Below the pieces are notes generated by a model, which worked only from the letters and a program-made list of their open reading frames with translations, did not search any database and was not told where the DNA came from. Source: Sedimentisphaeraceae bacterium JB056 (GTDB lineage Bacteria; Planctomycetota; Phycisphaerae; Sedimentisphaerales; Sedimentisphaeraceae). From it: DNA of 64,000 nt. Where the stretch lies: assembly GCA_044440125.1 (NCBI GenBank), contig JBITAJ010000015.1, forward strand, positions 224,001-288,000, written 5' to 3'. This document shows positions 48,553 through 61,349 of the stretch, piece after piece. Position numbers and translations under genes: made by a program. How positions within the stretch are numbered: the first letter of the stretch is position 1; the number at the start of each line of letters is the position of its first letter.

Positions 48553-49932
48553 TTACAGGATACTGGTCCAATATTCTATTCGCTCTGCGGCTTGCTTGGT
48601 TCCCGATGCTCCCGGGCTGGTATATTGCTTAACAACATTAGGAGCTGTCAGGTTGTCAAATACATCCTGCTCTATTTCTTTGCACATTTGCTTGTATTCA
48701 TCAAGAGAGAGCTCTGAGAGCTTGATTTGTCTCTTTTCACAATCCGCTACGGCAGCACCTACTATACCGTGAGCCTGGCGGAATGGTACTCCCTTACGAA
48801 CCAGATACTCAGCAAGTGAGGTGGCATCAAGGAATCCTTCGTCGATATTCTCTGCAATCTTTTCTGTCTTGAACTCTGTATTTGATACAATTCCTTCCGC
48901 CATATCAAGACACATTCTTACATAGTCTGCCGCGTTGAATATGTGTATCTTATCTTCCTGCAAATCGCGGTTGTATGTAGATGGCTGGGCTTTCAGGATT
49001 GTAAGCATCGCTGTTAAAGAGCCGAATACAGCTCCGCTCTTTCCGCGTATCAGTTCAAGCATATCAGGATTACGTTTCTGCGGCATCATACTTGACGATG
49101 TGCAGTATTTATCCGCAGTGCGTATGAATCCGAATTCTGTCGTTGTATAAAGAATGAAGTCTTCCGCGAATTTTGACAGGTGTGTCATTATCATCGTAGA
49201 AGCGAATATAAACTCTGCACAGAAGTCCCTGTCGGAGACAGAGTCAATGCTGTTATAAGTTATGTCTGCAAATCCGAGTTTTTCAGCAGTGCTGTGGCGA
49301 TTTATCGGCAGGGTGCTGCCGGCTACCGCGCCGCTTCCAAGTGGGGATACGTTCAGTCTTTTCGAGCAATCACTCAGTCTGGTGTAATCACGCTGAAGCT
49401 GCTCAACAAAGCTGAGCAGGTAAGCAGCAATTACAATAGGCTGTGCACGCTGAAGGTGAGTGTAAGCAGGCATCAAGGCTTCTGTATATTTTGACGCCAG
49501 ATTTACAAACGCTTTCTGGAGTTTGCGGATCTTATTCTGTACTACCAGGATTTCATCCCGCATCCAGAGCCGCATGTCTGTCGCAACCTGATCATTCCTG
49601 CTTCGTCCGGTATGAAGTTTACGTCCTGCATCGCCTGTCTTGGCAACAAGAGCTGCTTCTATTGCCATATGTATATCTTCGAGGGATATATCGAACTCAA
49701 ATTCGCCGCTTTCGATTTCAGCCTGAACCTCAAGAAGACCTTTTTTGATGGTTTCAGCTTCTTCTTGCGTTATAATGCCTTGTTCAACAAGCATTTGTGA
49801 ATGAGCGATAGACCCCTGAATGTCATACTTATACAATCTTTTATCATATGAGAGGGATTCCACAAATGCCATAGCCAATTCATTAGGCCCGCCTTCAAGT
49901 CTGTGTTCCCAGCTTTTCTTACCTGTACTCAT
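48553..49932 (-). CDS. argH: Argininosuccinate lyase
   Basis: EDIH, HTGRSRNDQ, YTHLQRAQP, SSMMPQKRNPD, YNRDLQEDK. Confidence 0.97.
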   Translation of the reverse strand: MSTGKKSWEHRLEGGPNELAMAFVESLSYDKRLYKYDIQGSIAHSQMLVEQGIITQEEAETIKKGLLEVQAEIESGEFEFDISLEDIHMAIEAALVAKTGDAGRKLHTGRSRNDQVATDMRLWMRDEILVVQNKIRKLQKAFVNLASKYTEALMPAYTHLQRAQPIVIAAYLLSFVEQLQRDYTRLSDCSKRLNVSPLGSGAVAGSTLPINRHSTAEKLGFADITYNSIDSVSDRDFCAEFIFASTMIMTHLSKFAEDFILYTTTEFGFIRTADKYCTSSSMMPQKRNPDMLELIRGKSGAVFGSLTAMLTILKAQPSTYNRDLQEDKIHIFNAADYVRMCLDMAEGIVSNTEFKTEKIAENIDEGFLDATSLAEYLVRKGVPFRQAHGIVGAAVADCEKRQIKLSELSLDEYKQMCKEIEQDVFDNLTAPNVVKQYTSPGASGTKQAAERIEYWTSIL

Positions 49933-50101
49933 AGTCTTAAATTTCTGGTAAATATTTGTCTGATTTTTTGCGCAGGTATATCCTTTTTATATACCGCAGG
50001 GCCATAAATTGTATGCTAAAAACGGCCTCAATGCAACCGGAAAATAGACTATTTGACAGTCAAATACTTACTATGACATTGCTTATATTCTTGCGCATAA
50101 A

Positions 50102-50134
50102 ATAAGGATACTTCCATTACAGCAGTACCCTTAT
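50102..50134 (-). terminator. Possible terminator after cysS
   Basis: Minus strand ATAAGGGTACT...AGTATCCTTAT followed by TTTT. Confidence 0.5.
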
Positions 50135-50142
50135 GGATTTAT

Positions 50143-51624
50143 TTATGCTTTGACCCACTTTGTGCCTTCGGGGGTGTCTTTGAAGGTTATCCCGAATTTT
50201 GCCATAGTATCGCGGATTTCGTCGGCCTTTGCCCAGTCTTTATCGGCTCTTGCCTTTGTTCTCTGCTCTATAATTCCCTGCATGAGATAGTCAATCAGCT
50301 CATCGTCGGCTGCGGATGCAGTTTCCGGGTAGCTTTCAAGGACTATACCCAGAGCATCACCACCAAGACGGTTGAACATGTCATTGATCGCTTCAAGGGT
50401 TTGTTTTGTCTTGTTTGGTGAAGCGAGTACCTTATTGGCAAGTTTCACCATTTCATAGATCATGGACAATGCTACCGATGTGTTTATATCATCGTTCATT
50501 GCCTTTTCAAAACGGAATTTCAAACTTTCGAGCTGTTTTGTGATTTTCTCGTCAACGGTTCCGTCTGCGGCTGATTCGATGGTCTTGCGGATATTCTTAA
50601 CAGCTTCGGTTATCTTGTCAAGTCCACTTTGTGCAGCTGTCAAAGCCGCATCAGAGAAGTCAAGCGGACTGCGGTAGTGGCTGTTAAGAACAAGCATTCT
50701 CACCGCTATAGGGTCGTATTTACGGCTAAGTCTTTCGTGATCGCCGGTAAATACTTGCTTCAGATTGATGAAATTATTGAGGCTCTTGCCCATTTTGGTG
50801 CCGTCAACGGTTACCATGTTGTTATGCAGCCAGTACTTAACGAATTGTTTGCCGTTAGCTGCTTCTGACTGTGCTATTTCACATTCGTGATGAGGGAATT
50901 TGTTTTCAAGTCCGCCGCCGTGAATATCAATGGTTTCGCCGAGATATTTCATACTCATTACAGAGCATTCAAGATGCCAGCCAGGATATCCCTTACCCCA
51001 TGGGCTGTCCCACTGCATGATGTGGTTTGGCTCGGCCTTTTTCCACAAAGCGAAATCAGAAGGATTACGTTTCTCGCTTTTAACATCAACTCTCGTGCCG
51101 CTCTTCATATCGTCAAGATTACGGCCTGAAAGTTTGCCGTAGCCCTCAAAACTGGTGACATCAAAATAAACAGAGCCGTTAACCTCGTAGGCATTACCTT
51201 TTTCAATGAGAGCCTCAACCATTTTGATTTGCTCTGGTATATGTCCGGTAGCCCTTGGGCTTATATCTGGACGCAGGCAGTTTAGCTTGTCCATGTCGTT
51301 GAAGAAGCTTGCCGTATAGAATTCGGCTATTGCCATTGGATGTTTATGGATTTTCTTTGCGGCTACAGCAAGTTTGTCCTCACCTTCATCAGCATCATCT
51401 GTAAGATGTCCTACATCGGTTATATTCTGAATGTAGGTTGTGTCATAGCCAAGATAACGGAGGTAACGTACTATTACATCAAAGCTTATGTAACTTTTGG
51501 CGTGGCCTAGATGAGCGTGGCCGTAAACAGTAGGTCCGCATACGTAGACTTTAGCCTTGCCTTCTTCTACAGGTACAAAATCTTCTTTGTTTCTTGTTAA
51601 TGAGTTATAAAATTTTAATGCCAT
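50143..51624 (-). CDS. cysS: Cysteine--tRNA ligase
   Basis: CGPTVY..AHLGH, DFALWK, PGWHLECS, DIHGGG, FPHHE.E, KMGKS. Confidence 0.97.
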   Translation of the reverse strand: MALKFYNSLTRNKEDFVPVEEGKAKVYVCGPTVYGHAHLGHAKSYISFDVIVRYLRYLGYDTTYIQNITDVGHLTDDADEGEDKLAVAAKKIHKHPMAIAEFYTASFFNDMDKLNCLRPDISPRATGHIPEQIKMVEALIEKGNAYEVNGSVYFDVTSFEGYGKLSGRNLDDMKSGTRVDVKSEKRNPSDFALWKKAEPNHIMQWDSPWGKGYPGWHLECSVMSMKYLGETIDIHGGGLENKFPHHECEIAQSEAANGKQFVKYWLHNNMVTVDGTKMGKSLNNFINLKQVFTGDHERLSRKYDPIAVRMLVLNSHYRSPLDFSDAALTAAQSGLDKITEAVKNIRKTIESAADGTVDEKITKQLESLKFRFEKAMNDDINTSVALSMIYEMVKLANKVLASPNKTKQTLEAINDMFNRLGGDALGIVLESYPETASAADDELIDYLMQGIIEQRTKARADKDWAKADEIRDTMAKFGITFKDTPEGTKWVKA

Positions 51625-51709
51625 TTTAATATTTCCAAATTCTCAATTTTCCTGAAACCGAACATTTTAACCTAAAAACGGCAAAATGCAAATCGGTTGG
51701 AATATAATG

Positions 51710-53581
51710 CTAAAAGCTCTTTATCATTTCGGCGATTGCTTCGGGACTCATCCCCATATCATTTAGCTGAACGTCTCTCGAAGCTTTTTTGATGTAGGAG
51801 TCGGGCCCGCCTATTATCTTGAATTTGCCCTTAATCTCTCCTGTTTGACTGCTTATTTCCTCAAGTATCGCAGAACCCAAACCGCATGCTATGCTGTGTT
51901 CTTCAAGGACAATTATGTTCTTGCCTTTTTTAGCAATATCGACGATATACTGGTCTATAGGTTTCGCAAATCTTGTATTTATCACATCGATTTTGATGTT
52001 CTCCTGCTCAAGAAGCTGGGCTGCATTGACTGCTCTTGAGAGCATCGTACCATAGGAAACTATCACCGTGTCGGCATCATTTTGTGTAAGAGGCATACAC
52101 TTGCCGTATTCAAACGGCTCGTTTAGTTGCGGATATTTTTGCTGCATTTCAACACAGACAGAATCCCTTGGGTACCTCAAGGCGACAGGTTTGCCGCAAT
52201 TAGCTGCGTATCTCAATGCTGAGTGCATCTCAGCTTCGCAAGCCGGAGCCAGTACCACCATATTAGGCAGCATTCGCAAAAATCCTATATCAAGAAGCCC
52301 ATGGTGAGTTGCTCCATCATATCCTACAACACCGGCTCTGTCTATGCAAAGCACAACAGGCAAATCCTGCAGGGATACTTCGTGAGCTATCTGGTCGAAG
52401 CTTCTTTGGAAGAATGTGGAGTATATGCAGACGAATGGTTTTAGTCCGCTCTTTGCCATTCCTGCTGCGATATCAACCGCTGCGCTTTCAGCAATTCCAA
52501 CGTCGTAGTATCTATCAGGGAACAGCTCGCGGAATTTATTTAATCCAGTGCCGTCGGGCATTGCCGCCGTGATCGCTGTTATTTTTTCATCTTCTGAGGC
52601 TATTTGTGCCAAAGCTTCGCCGAATACTCCCGTATAGCTTTTACCACATGACGGTTTACAATTTCCATCTTGGCAGAATGGGCCGGTGGAGTGGAATTTT
52701 GACGGGTTTGTGTCTGCCGGTTCATATCCCTTGCCTTTTCTTGTGTAAACGTGGAGAACGGCAGGGTGTTTCAAATCCTTCAGTGCCTTGAAGAGTCTTA
52801 TAAGTGAACCTATGTCGTGTCCATCAACAGGCCCGAAATAGGCAAGATTCATGCTTTCAAAGAGTCTGCTTGCCGGCAGAGCCATACGAATTGTCTTTTT
52901 GAATCTTTCAAGCGCGCCGTCAACGGCTTTACCTATCAACGGTACATGCTCCAGTATGTTTTTGGAGGTTCTTACAAGTTCTTCATACGTATGGTTAAGC
53001 CGCATCCTCGAAAAAATTTCAGCTACGGCTCCCTGTGTTACATCAATGCTCATTGAGTTGTCATTGAGAACAACCAGCATTTGTCTATTCAGAGATTGGA
53101 GATTGTTTATGGCTTCAAGAGATGCGCCGTTTACAATGCTGCCGTCACCAACAAGAGCCACGATTTTTTCATCAGTCTTGTTTTGTATGGAAGCCAGTCC
53201 CATACCAAGGGCCGTTCCGATAGAAGTACCTGCGTGTCCTACTTCAAATCTGTCATACTCACTTTCGGTAGGTTGAGGGAAGCCGCTTACACCGTCTTCT
53301 TTTCTGAGTTTGTCGAAACCTTCACGCCGTCCCGTAAGGATTTTGTGTGTATAACATTGATGACCGACATCCCAAAGCAAATGATCTGTCTTGAAATCAA
53401 AAACGTAATGCAGTGCTATCGTCGTTTCAACAACTCCCAGATTGCTTGCAAGGTGTCCGCCGTTTACGCCGACTTTATCAATAATGAAATCTCTTATTTC
53501 TGCAGCCAGAGTTTCAAGTTCTGAAACGCTTAGTTGTCGCAGTTCTTGTGGACTGTTTATTTTTTCGAGATATTTGTACAT
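51710..53581 (-). CDS. dxs: 1-deoxy-D-xylulose-5-phosphate synthase
   Basis: GGHLASNLG, WDVGHQ, GDG..NDN.MSI, GPVDGH, DVGIAE, DGATH. Confidence 0.97.
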   Translation of the reverse strand: MYKYLEKINSPQELRQLSVSELETLAAEIRDFIIDKVGVNGGHLASNLGVVETTIALHYVFDFKTDHLLWDVGHQCYTHKILTGRREGFDKLRKEDGVSGFPQPTESEYDRFEVGHAGTSIGTALGMGLASIQNKTDEKIVALVGDGSIVNGASLEAINNLQSLNRQMLVVLNDNSMSIDVTQGAVAEIFSRMRLNHTYEELVRTSKNILEHVPLIGKAVDGALERFKKTIRMALPASRLFESMNLAYFGPVDGHDIGSLIRLFKALKDLKHPAVLHVYTRKGKGYEPADTNPSKFHSTGPFCQDGNCKPSCGKSYTGVFGEALAQIASEDEKITAITAAMPDGTGLNKFRELFPDRYYDVGIAESAAVDIAAGMAKSGLKPFVCIYSTFFQRSFDQIAHEVSLQDLPVVLCIDRAGVVGYDGATHHGLLDIGFLRMLPNMVVLAPACEAEMHSALRYAANCGKPVALRYPRDSVCVEMQQKYPQLNEPFEYGKCMPLTQNDADTVIVSYGTMLSRAVNAAQLLEQENIKIDVINTRFAKPIDQYIVDIAKKGKNIIVLEEHSIACGLGSAILEEISSQTGEIKGKFKIIGGPDSYIKKASRDVQLNDMGMSPEAIAEMIKSF

Positions 53582-53617
53582 GCTGTTTCTGTAAATTATT
53601 TAGTTCAACTGTTACTG

Positions 53618-54520
53618 TTATTTTGTACGGTGAAGGAGCATAAAAATCAAACCTCTCAGCAGTTGAGCTTTGTCGCCAAAATCTTTCAGTAATTCCAACG
53701 CCTCATTTGCCAGTTTTTCCGCGGCTTCTTTTGATTTCTCCATGCCGAGAATAGCAGGGTAGGTGGCTTTGCCTTGCTCAAGGTCTTTGCCAACGGTTTT
53801 CCCCATTTGTTCTGTAGTAGCGGTGATATCAAGTATGTCGTCAGCTACCTGGAAACCAAGCCCGATTTTCAATCCGTATATTGTCATCTTTGATATGACA
53901 TCGCTTGACGCTCCTGCTGCAATAGCACCCAGTGCCGCGGCACCGGAGAACATCATAGCTGTTTTATTATTATGTATATAATTCACCATTTCAATGTCAG
54001 GTTCGGTCTGCTCTGAAAGCATATCGGCCATTTGGCCTGCCACCATTCCTGAGGGACCGGCAACGCAGGATAATATGCCAACCATCTTAATTGCTTTATT
54101 TGAATCGCATACGTCTGTAGCGAGAAGCTCAAATGCAAGAGTCAGAAGGGCATCACCAGTGAGTATTGCGGTTGCCTCATCGTATTTTTTGTGTACGGTT
54201 GGACGGCCTCTTCTAAGGTCATCGTCATCCATAGCAGGCAAATCATCATGAACAAGAGAATAGGTATGCACCATCTCCATGGCTGCTGCTGCTGTTTTGG
54301 CATCATTATTGACTTCGCCGCATATCATTTTGCAAACCCACATTATAACCGCGGCACGGGCCCTTTTGCCTTCGCCATAAAGAGCATATTCCATCGCTTC
54401 TTTGAGTTTGCGCTCTATTTCACTTTGCTCACTCATTACTTCATGAAGAAATTTGTTTATTTCTTCCGCTGATTTAACGAGTTCATTCTTTACAGTTTCC
54501 TGCTCTGCTATTTTTTGCAT
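53618..54520 (-). CDS. ispA: Polyprenyl (farnesyl/geranylgeranyl) diphosphate synthase
   Basis: SLVHDDLPAMDDDDLRRG, GQ..D, KT, FQVADDILD, GKD...K.TY. Confidence 0.92.
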   Translation of the reverse strand: MQKIAEQETVKNELVKSAEEINKFLHEVMSEQSEIERKLKEAMEYALYGEGKRARAAVIMWVCKMICGEVNNDAKTAAAAMEMVHTYSLVHDDLPAMDDDDLRRGRPTVHKKYDEATAILTGDALLTLAFELLATDVCDSNKAIKMVGILSCVAGPSGMVAGQMADMLSEQTEPDIEMVNYIHNNKTAMMFSGAAALGAIAAGASSDVISKMTIYGLKIGLGFQVADDILDITATTEQMGKTVGKDLEQGKATYPAILGMEKSKEAAEKLANEALELLKDFGDKAQLLRGLIFMLLHRTK

Positions 54521-54632
54521 ATAAAATCCGATTGGTAAAAGTATCAAACCATTGGCTTTTAAGCCATAAATCTGTTATTATATAAATTTTCGAGAATATG
54601 ACACCAATAAAATATAAGATTACGAGTGATTG

Positions 54633-55556
54633 ATGAATAGAGAAAAGATACTGATTCTTGGAGTTACGGCCAGCGGCAAGAGCCGTCTTGCTTTTGATCT
54701 TGCTAAAGATATGGAGACTGAGGTTATAAGTATAGATTCCATGAAGGTTTACAAGAAAATGGATATTGGTACTGCCAAGCCGTCTTTAGAAAACAGAAAA
54801 ATTGTAAACTATCATCTTCTGGATGTTGTTGAGCCTTGGGAGTCTTTCGGTGTTAATAAATTTCTGGAGCTTGAGGGAAAGGCAGAGAAAGACATTCTTT
54901 CCAGAAGAAAATGCCTGATTGCAGCCGGTGGTACATCAATGTACATCAAAAATCTCCTTTACGGACTCTTTGAAGGGCCGGGAACCGATGAGGCAATACG
55001 CGAAAAACTCAAAAAGCAGCTTGAAACAGAAGGGCAGATGCTGATGCACCAGCGTCTTGCCAAGGTAGACCCTGAAGCGGCCGAGAGAATACATCCCAAT
55101 GATGCAAAGCGGCTTGTGCGGGCACTTGAGGTCTATGAGATTACTGGAAAACCGATATCTTCATTTCAAACCCAGTTTAATTCCTCTCCTGATCCAAGCT
55201 GGTTTGTGATTGGCATAAGGCGGCCTAAAGAGGTTGAAAGCAAGCGTATAAACGCCAGGGTTAAGAAAATGGTGGAAATGGGGCTTGTAGAAGAGGCAAA
55301 AGAGCTTTTTAATATGGAAAGACCTTTGAGTAAGCAAGCTTCCGTAGCTATCGGTTATACAGAGTTTTTTGACTATTTCAAGGGGAAAATCACTCTCGAA
55401 AAAGCCATCGAGCAGGTAAAGATCAACACCAGAAGACTTGCCAAGGGGCAGCGAACATGGTTCAAAAGCTTTGAAGGTGTAAACTGGATAGACGCTGACG
55501 AGGATACCGATCCGAAAGATGTTCTCAGACGAGCTAAAGAATTGATAAATTCTTGA
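54633..55556 (+). CDS. miaA: tRNA dimethylallyltransferase
   Basis: GVTASGKS, DSM.VY..MDIGTAKP, GGT..Y, RALEV, AIGY, K.Q.TWF. Confidence 0.95.
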   Translation: MNREKILILGVTASGKSRLAFDLAKDMETEVISIDSMKVYKKMDIGTAKPSLENRKIVNYHLLDVVEPWESFGVNKFLELEGKAEKDILSRRKCLIAAGGTSMYIKNLLYGLFEGPGTDEAIREKLKKQLETEGQMLMHQRLAKVDPEAAERIHPNDAKRLVRALEVYEITGKPISSFQTQFNSSPDPSWFVIGIRRPKEVESKRINARVKKMVEMGLVEEAKELFNMERPLSKQASVAIGYTEFFDYFKGKITLEKAIEQVKINTRRLAKGQRTWFKSFEGVNWIDADEDTDPKDVLRRAKELINS

Positions 55557-55574
55557 TATAAAATATGTTGTGAT

Positions 55575-55609
55575 AAAAAAAGGCCGGTATAACATACCGG
55601 CCTTTTTTT
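55575..55609. terminator. Bidirectional intrinsic terminator
   Basis: A7-GGCCGGTAT-aac-ATACCGGCC-T7 between convergent genes. Confidence 0.9.
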
Positions 55610-55621
55610 CTTTAAGCGTGA

Positions 55622-56188
55622 TTAGTTCAGTTCTTTGTCTTTCCAGTACTTTGTCCCACTCAAAGTTGCCTGTAAAGTTATACCTGATTCAGTAAATTCA
55701 TATAAAGACATACCGCTTGCCAGTGTTCCGGAAGCTTCAGCCGCACCACCTTTTTCGCCTGATTTGGCTGATGCATCAGCATTGGCTCCAAATTCCCAGC
55801 CGCTGGTTATGAATTTATTCATCGTCTCTTTACTATGGAAAACGACGATAGCCCGGAAATCCTTAACTCCGATTCCCAGACCTATTCCGGCTTCTCCCAT
55901 TTTCATATATGTCTTTTCGCCTGTATTGTTGTTAACGACCATTCCATAGCCGCCGCCGCCACTGACGAATATTACGTTGACATTCACGTTACTGAAAACG
56001 CCATAACCTTCAGCTTTATCGATGATATTTTTGCCTTCATCGATTTCTTGATAAAATTGCTGCAAGCTTTTAACTCTCATTTCATTGATTTCGTCTCTTC
56101 TTTGATCAATGGTGAGATCTTTGCTTGGTCCACAACCGGAGATAATTACGGCAAATGCCAATAATGCTAAAATTTTAATTCTCATCAT
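55622..56188 (-). CDS. YSC84/SYLF-related lipoprotein
   Basis: Lipobox ISGC, 'GY.VF...GGGGYG...G.G.G......F......F...GWEFG..A.A', 'GTKYW'. Confidence 0.8.
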   Translation of the reverse strand: MMRIKILALLAFAVIISGCGPSKDLTIDQRRDEINEMRVKSLQQFYQEIDEGKNIIDKAEGYGVFSNVNVNVIFVSGGGGYGMVVNNNTGEKTYMKMGEAGIGLGIGVKDFRAIVVFHSKETMNKFITSGWEFGANADASAKSGEKGGAAEASGTLASGMSLYEFTESGITLQATLSGTKYWKDKELN

Positions 56189-56327
56189 ATACTCCTTCAA
56201 CAATAATTAGTAATAATATTATACTACATCTATTATTGATTTTATAAAAGCTCAGTTAAGCTGTCAATAAGGAAAAAACTGCTATTTGAGTTTTCTGATA
56301 AGAATAAGTATTTAGTGTTTTCGGGAA

Positions 56328-56774
56328 TTATTGGTTTTCCATTGCGTATTTTGCATGTTCAGCGAGTTGTTTTATCAACTCAGCCTTTTTGACTTCGTGG
56401 CTTCTTATCTGAGTGGCGTAGGCATCGGCTGAGAGTATATCTTCAGCCTTTTCTATCATCTGCTCTACTTCTTCCATTGGTATTCCATCGAAACCGGTAA
56501 CATCATATGCCAGAATGGTCGCATTGTTTTCGGCAAACTGAACAAAGCCGCCATCAATTAGGAAACTTTGGTCTGGTATTTGCTGCCCATCATTGTCAAC
56601 TACCTTTTTGGCTACCATTATTCCAAGACCGAGTTCTGAGACGATCGAACAATGGCCGCGCATTATTCCAAGCTGTCCGTCAACGGCAGGTACAATCAGC
56701 GAATGAACAAAGCAGTCGAGTAGATTGCGGTTTCGCGTTATAAGTTTACATTTGAATACGGAGAAGTCAGCCAT
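56328..56774 (-). CDS. atpC: ATP synthase F1 epsilon subunit
   Basis: G.LGIM.GH and GGFVQ motifs; position after atpD. Confidence 0.88.
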   Translation of the reverse strand: MADFSVFKCKLITRNRNLLDCFVHSLIVPAVDGQLGIMRGHCSIVSELGLGIMVAKKVVDNDGQQIPDQSFLIDGGFVQFAENNATILAYDVTGFDGIPMEEVEQMIEKAEDILSADAYATQIRSHEVKKAELIKQLAEHAKYAMENQ

Positions 56775-56785
56775 TGTTTATCCTC

Positions 56786-58225
<1,440 letters not shown>

Positions 58226-58276
58226 TTATATTGCTAAATATTCTTCAAACGGTTTTTGCCGCTGATTTCAGAAACA

Positions 58277-59170
58277 TTATTTCATAGCCTCAACACCGCC
58301 AATTATATCCATCAGGTCGCCGGTTATTTGTCCCTGACGTGCTCGATTATATTCACCCTGAAGTTCCTTAAGCATATTATCAGCATTCTCAGTAGCACTT
58401 TTCATTGCTACGACTCTCGAAAGATGTTCGCTTAATGCAGAATCAAGGAAGCATCCTGAAAGAGCTGAGCGTATCATCATATAGATCAGAGAATTAAATA
58501 TCTCGTCTATTGAAGGCGTAAGCTCGAATTCAGACGGGTTGGTTTTCCATGGCCATATTATTGTCGAACGGGTCGTTAGGTCATCTATCAGATCGGCAAC
58601 CGGCAGAATCGAAAGTGTTTGAGCATGCTGACTTGCCAGTGAGAAGAACCTTGTATATATAACGCCAAAGTAATCAATCTCTTTCTTCTCATATTGATCG
58701 ATGAAGCTGTCTGCTATTGCATCAACCTGCTGTGGAGTCGGAACTTCATCAAAGTCGGTATATTCCTTAACTATCGGAATTTTCTTGGACCTTAAGTATG
58801 AAATAGCCTTTTTGCCGGCAGCGTATACCTTAAGATTTTTACGGAACCGTTTCGCTCTTTTAATGTGCACATCTATAAGATGATTTATCTTGTTATTGAA
58901 ACCGCCGCAAAGACCGCGGTTTGATCCCATTACGAGAATTGCAAAATTTCCGCTGTTATTATCTTCCATAAGCGGATGTTTGATTGTTCTTTCTGAAGTC
59001 AGTATAAGGTACGCAAGCCTTGCGAGTTCGTCATCAAACTGCTGACGATTTCGCCATGTTTCAAGGTATTTGCGATATCTCGATGTAGAGATCATCTCCA
59101 TCGTTCTCGTTACCTTGCAGATATTGGCAACTGCTTTATGTCTTTGCTGTATTTGCCTTGTACCGGCCAT
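58277..59170 (-). CDS. atpG: ATP synthase F1 gamma subunit
   Basis: K.T..MEMI, RGLCGGFN, AM..AT.NA, YNRARQ..IT. Confidence 0.95.
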   Translation of the reverse strand: MAGTRQIQQRHKAVANICKVTRTMEMISTSRYRKYLETWRNRQQFDDELARLAYLILTSERTIKHPLMEDNNSGNFAILVMGSNRGLCGGFNNKINHLIDVHIKRAKRFRKNLKVYAAGKKAISYLRSKKIPIVKEYTDFDEVPTPQQVDAIADSFIDQYEKKEIDYFGVIYTRFFSLASQHAQTLSILPVADLIDDLTTRSTIIWPWKTNPSEFELTPSIDEIFNSLIYMMIRSALSGCFLDSALSEHLSRVVAMKSATENADNMLKELQGEYNRARQGQITGDLMDIIGGVEAMK

Positions 59171-59171
59171 T

Positions 59172-60695
59172 TTACAATCCGAAAGAGAATCTGTAAATAT
59201 TCTTATAAACGCTTATTATTTCTTTGAGGTCGGCAGCCATTTCGTCTGTCAACTTGCCGGACTCTTCTATTTCAGTAATATACTCTTTGGCTTCAAGTCT
59301 TATCCATGTCAGAAGCTCATTTATGAAGTTTTGAACCTGATCAGTCTCAACATCATCGAGTACTCCACATGAGCCGGCAAAGATAGATATGACTTGCTCG
59401 GACACATCCATTGGAGAAAATTGCTGCTGCTTAAGTATCTCAACCATTTTGTATCCACGGTCAAGTTGAGACTGTGCGGCAGAATCAAGCTCTGTACCAA
59501 GACGGGCAAAATCTTCCAGCTCACGGAATGCGGCAAGATCAAGCCTGAGCCTTCCGGCTATCTTCTTCATCGCCGGAACCTGTGCATCACCGCCCACACG
59601 ACTAACGCTGATACCAACATCAACCGCAGGACGTATGCCCGATAGGAATAGGTCCTTCTGCAGATATATCTGCCCATCGGTGATTGATATTATATTCGTT
59701 GGAATATATGCTGAAACCTGACCTTCAAGTGTTTCGATTATAGGCAGGGCAGTAAGTGAACCGCCTCCAAGTTCATCGCTGAGCTTCACGCCTCTTTCGA
59801 GCAGACGACTATGGAGATAGAAAATGTCACCGGGGAATGCTTCACGTCCTGGAGGGCGACGAAGCAGAAGGCTAAGCTCTCTGTAGGCTACTGAATGTTT
59901 TGAAAGGTCATCGTAAACACAAAGTGTTGCCGCTCCTTTTTCATACATAAAATGTTCTGCTATGGTGCATCCTGCATATGGTGCTATATATTGAAGCGGG
60001 GCACTGTCTGCGGCGCTTGCTGCGACAACTACAGTATATTCCATTGCGCCGTTTTGCTGAAGTATTTCAACAACCTCAGCTATTGTGGAATCTTTCTGGC
60101 CTATCGCTACATATACGCAGATAACACCGCGATCTTTCTGGTTGATTATTGTATCAAGAGCTATGGCTGTTTTGCCTGTTTTACGGTCTCCGATAATAAG
60201 TTCACGCTGTCCGCGTCCAATCGGAATCATTGCATCTATCGATTTTAAACCCGTTAGCAGCGGCTCCTTCACAGGTTGTCGACCTGCGATACCGACGCTT
60301 GCTGCATCAACAAGGCGATACTTATCAGCTTCGATATTTCCTTTGCCGTCAACAGGCTCACATAGCGGATTGACAACTCTGCCAAGTATCTTGTCGCTTA
60401 CAGGCAGTGTCAATACTTTTCCTGTTGATTTGACGATGGAACCCTCTCTGATATTGCTGTAGTCGCCATAAACAACAGCCCCGATGGAGTCTTCCTCAAG
60501 GTTGAATACTTCACCCGGTATGCCGCCTTCGAACTCGAGCATTTCGTTATTCATTGCGTTTTCTAAGCCGTAGATTCTTGCGATACCATCGCCAATTTCC
60601 ATCACACGGCCTACAGTGGCAACATTAAGCTCGTTTTTGTAGCTGCTTATTTCCTGTTTTATAAGCGAACTTATTTCTTTAACATCAAATTTCAT
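59172..60695 (-). CDS. atpA: ATP synthase F1 alpha subunit
   Basis: [40 protein letters not shown]. Start at MKFDVKEIS. Confidence 0.98.
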   Translation of the reverse strand: MKFDVKEISSLIKQEISSYKNELNVATVGRVMEIGDGIARIYGLENAMNNEMLEFEGGIPGEVFNLEEDSIGAVVYGDYSNIREGSIVKSTGKVLTLPVSDKILGRVVNPLCEPVDGKGNIEADKYRLVDAASVGIAGRQPVKEPLLTGLKSIDAMIPIGRGQRELIIGDRKTGKTAIALDTIINQKDRGVICVYVAIGQKDSTIAEVVEILQQNGAMEYTVVVAASAADSAPLQYIAPYAGCTIAEHFMYEKGAATLCVYDDLSKHSVAYRELSLLLRRPPGREAFPGDIFYLHSRLLERGVKLSDELGGGSLTALPIIETLEGQVSAYIPTNIISITDGQIYLQKDLFLSGIRPAVDVGISVSRVGGDAQVPAMKKIAGRLRLDLAAFRELEDFARLGTELDSAAQSQLDRGYKMVEILKQQQFSPMDVSEQVISIFAGSCGVLDDVETDQVQNFINELLTWIRLEAKEYITEIEESGKLTDEMAADLKEIISVYKNIYRFSFGL

Positions 60696-60782
60696 ATTGT
60701 ACCAATCGTTTTTATGAGCGTTTGCTACGCAGTTACAGACATTGGTCGACAAGCCGATCATCTATCGGAATATGTCGTTATA

Positions 60783-61346
60783 TTATGCTTTAATTTTGTT
60801 TTTGATTCTTGATTTGGCATCAGATAATATGCGTCTTAGAGAGTTGTCAACATACTCTCCCCCATGACGTATTATGATACCGCCCAGAATCTCAGGGTCT
60901 ATGCTATAGATTATCTTCACCTGAGCATTAACCGCATCACTCAATTTTTTCTCAAGCTCAGTTTTCTGCTCATCAGTCATTTGCGATGCGACTGTAACGT
61001 CTATTCGCTTTATTCCGTTATGTTCATCGAGTAGTTTTTCGTAGACTCTGGTTGTATCTTTAAGATATCTGAGTCTGTCACGGCGAAGCATTGATACCAG
61101 CAAACCTATTGCCAGTTTATCTGCTTTGCCGTCCAGGACTTTATCAACAAGAGCTATCTTCTCACTGAGCTGCACAAATGGAGAACACAGGATTGATGTA
61201 AAATCCTTTTCCTGTTCCAGTAAGTCTGCTAAGTCACTGAGCTCTTCAAACATCTGCTGGCATTTGTCCTCCTCTATTGCGAGTTCAAATACCACTGATG
61301 CATAGGTTTCAGCAATAACTTCAGTTTTCAGGTTTTCAGCTGCCAT
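60783..61346 (-). CDS. atpH: ATP synthase delta subunit
   Basis: YA..., IDPEILGG..I....Y.D.S; operon position. Confidence 0.92.
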   Translation of the reverse strand: MAAENLKTEVIAETYASVVFELAIEEDKCQQMFEELSDLADLLEQEKDFTSILCSPFVQLSEKIALVDKVLDGKADKLAIGLLVSMLRRDRLRYLKDTTRVYEKLLDEHNGIKRIDVTVASQMTDEQKTELEKKLSDAVNAQVKIIYSIDPEILGGIIIRHGGEYVDNSLRRILSDAKSRIKNKIKA

Positions 61347-61349
61347 TGC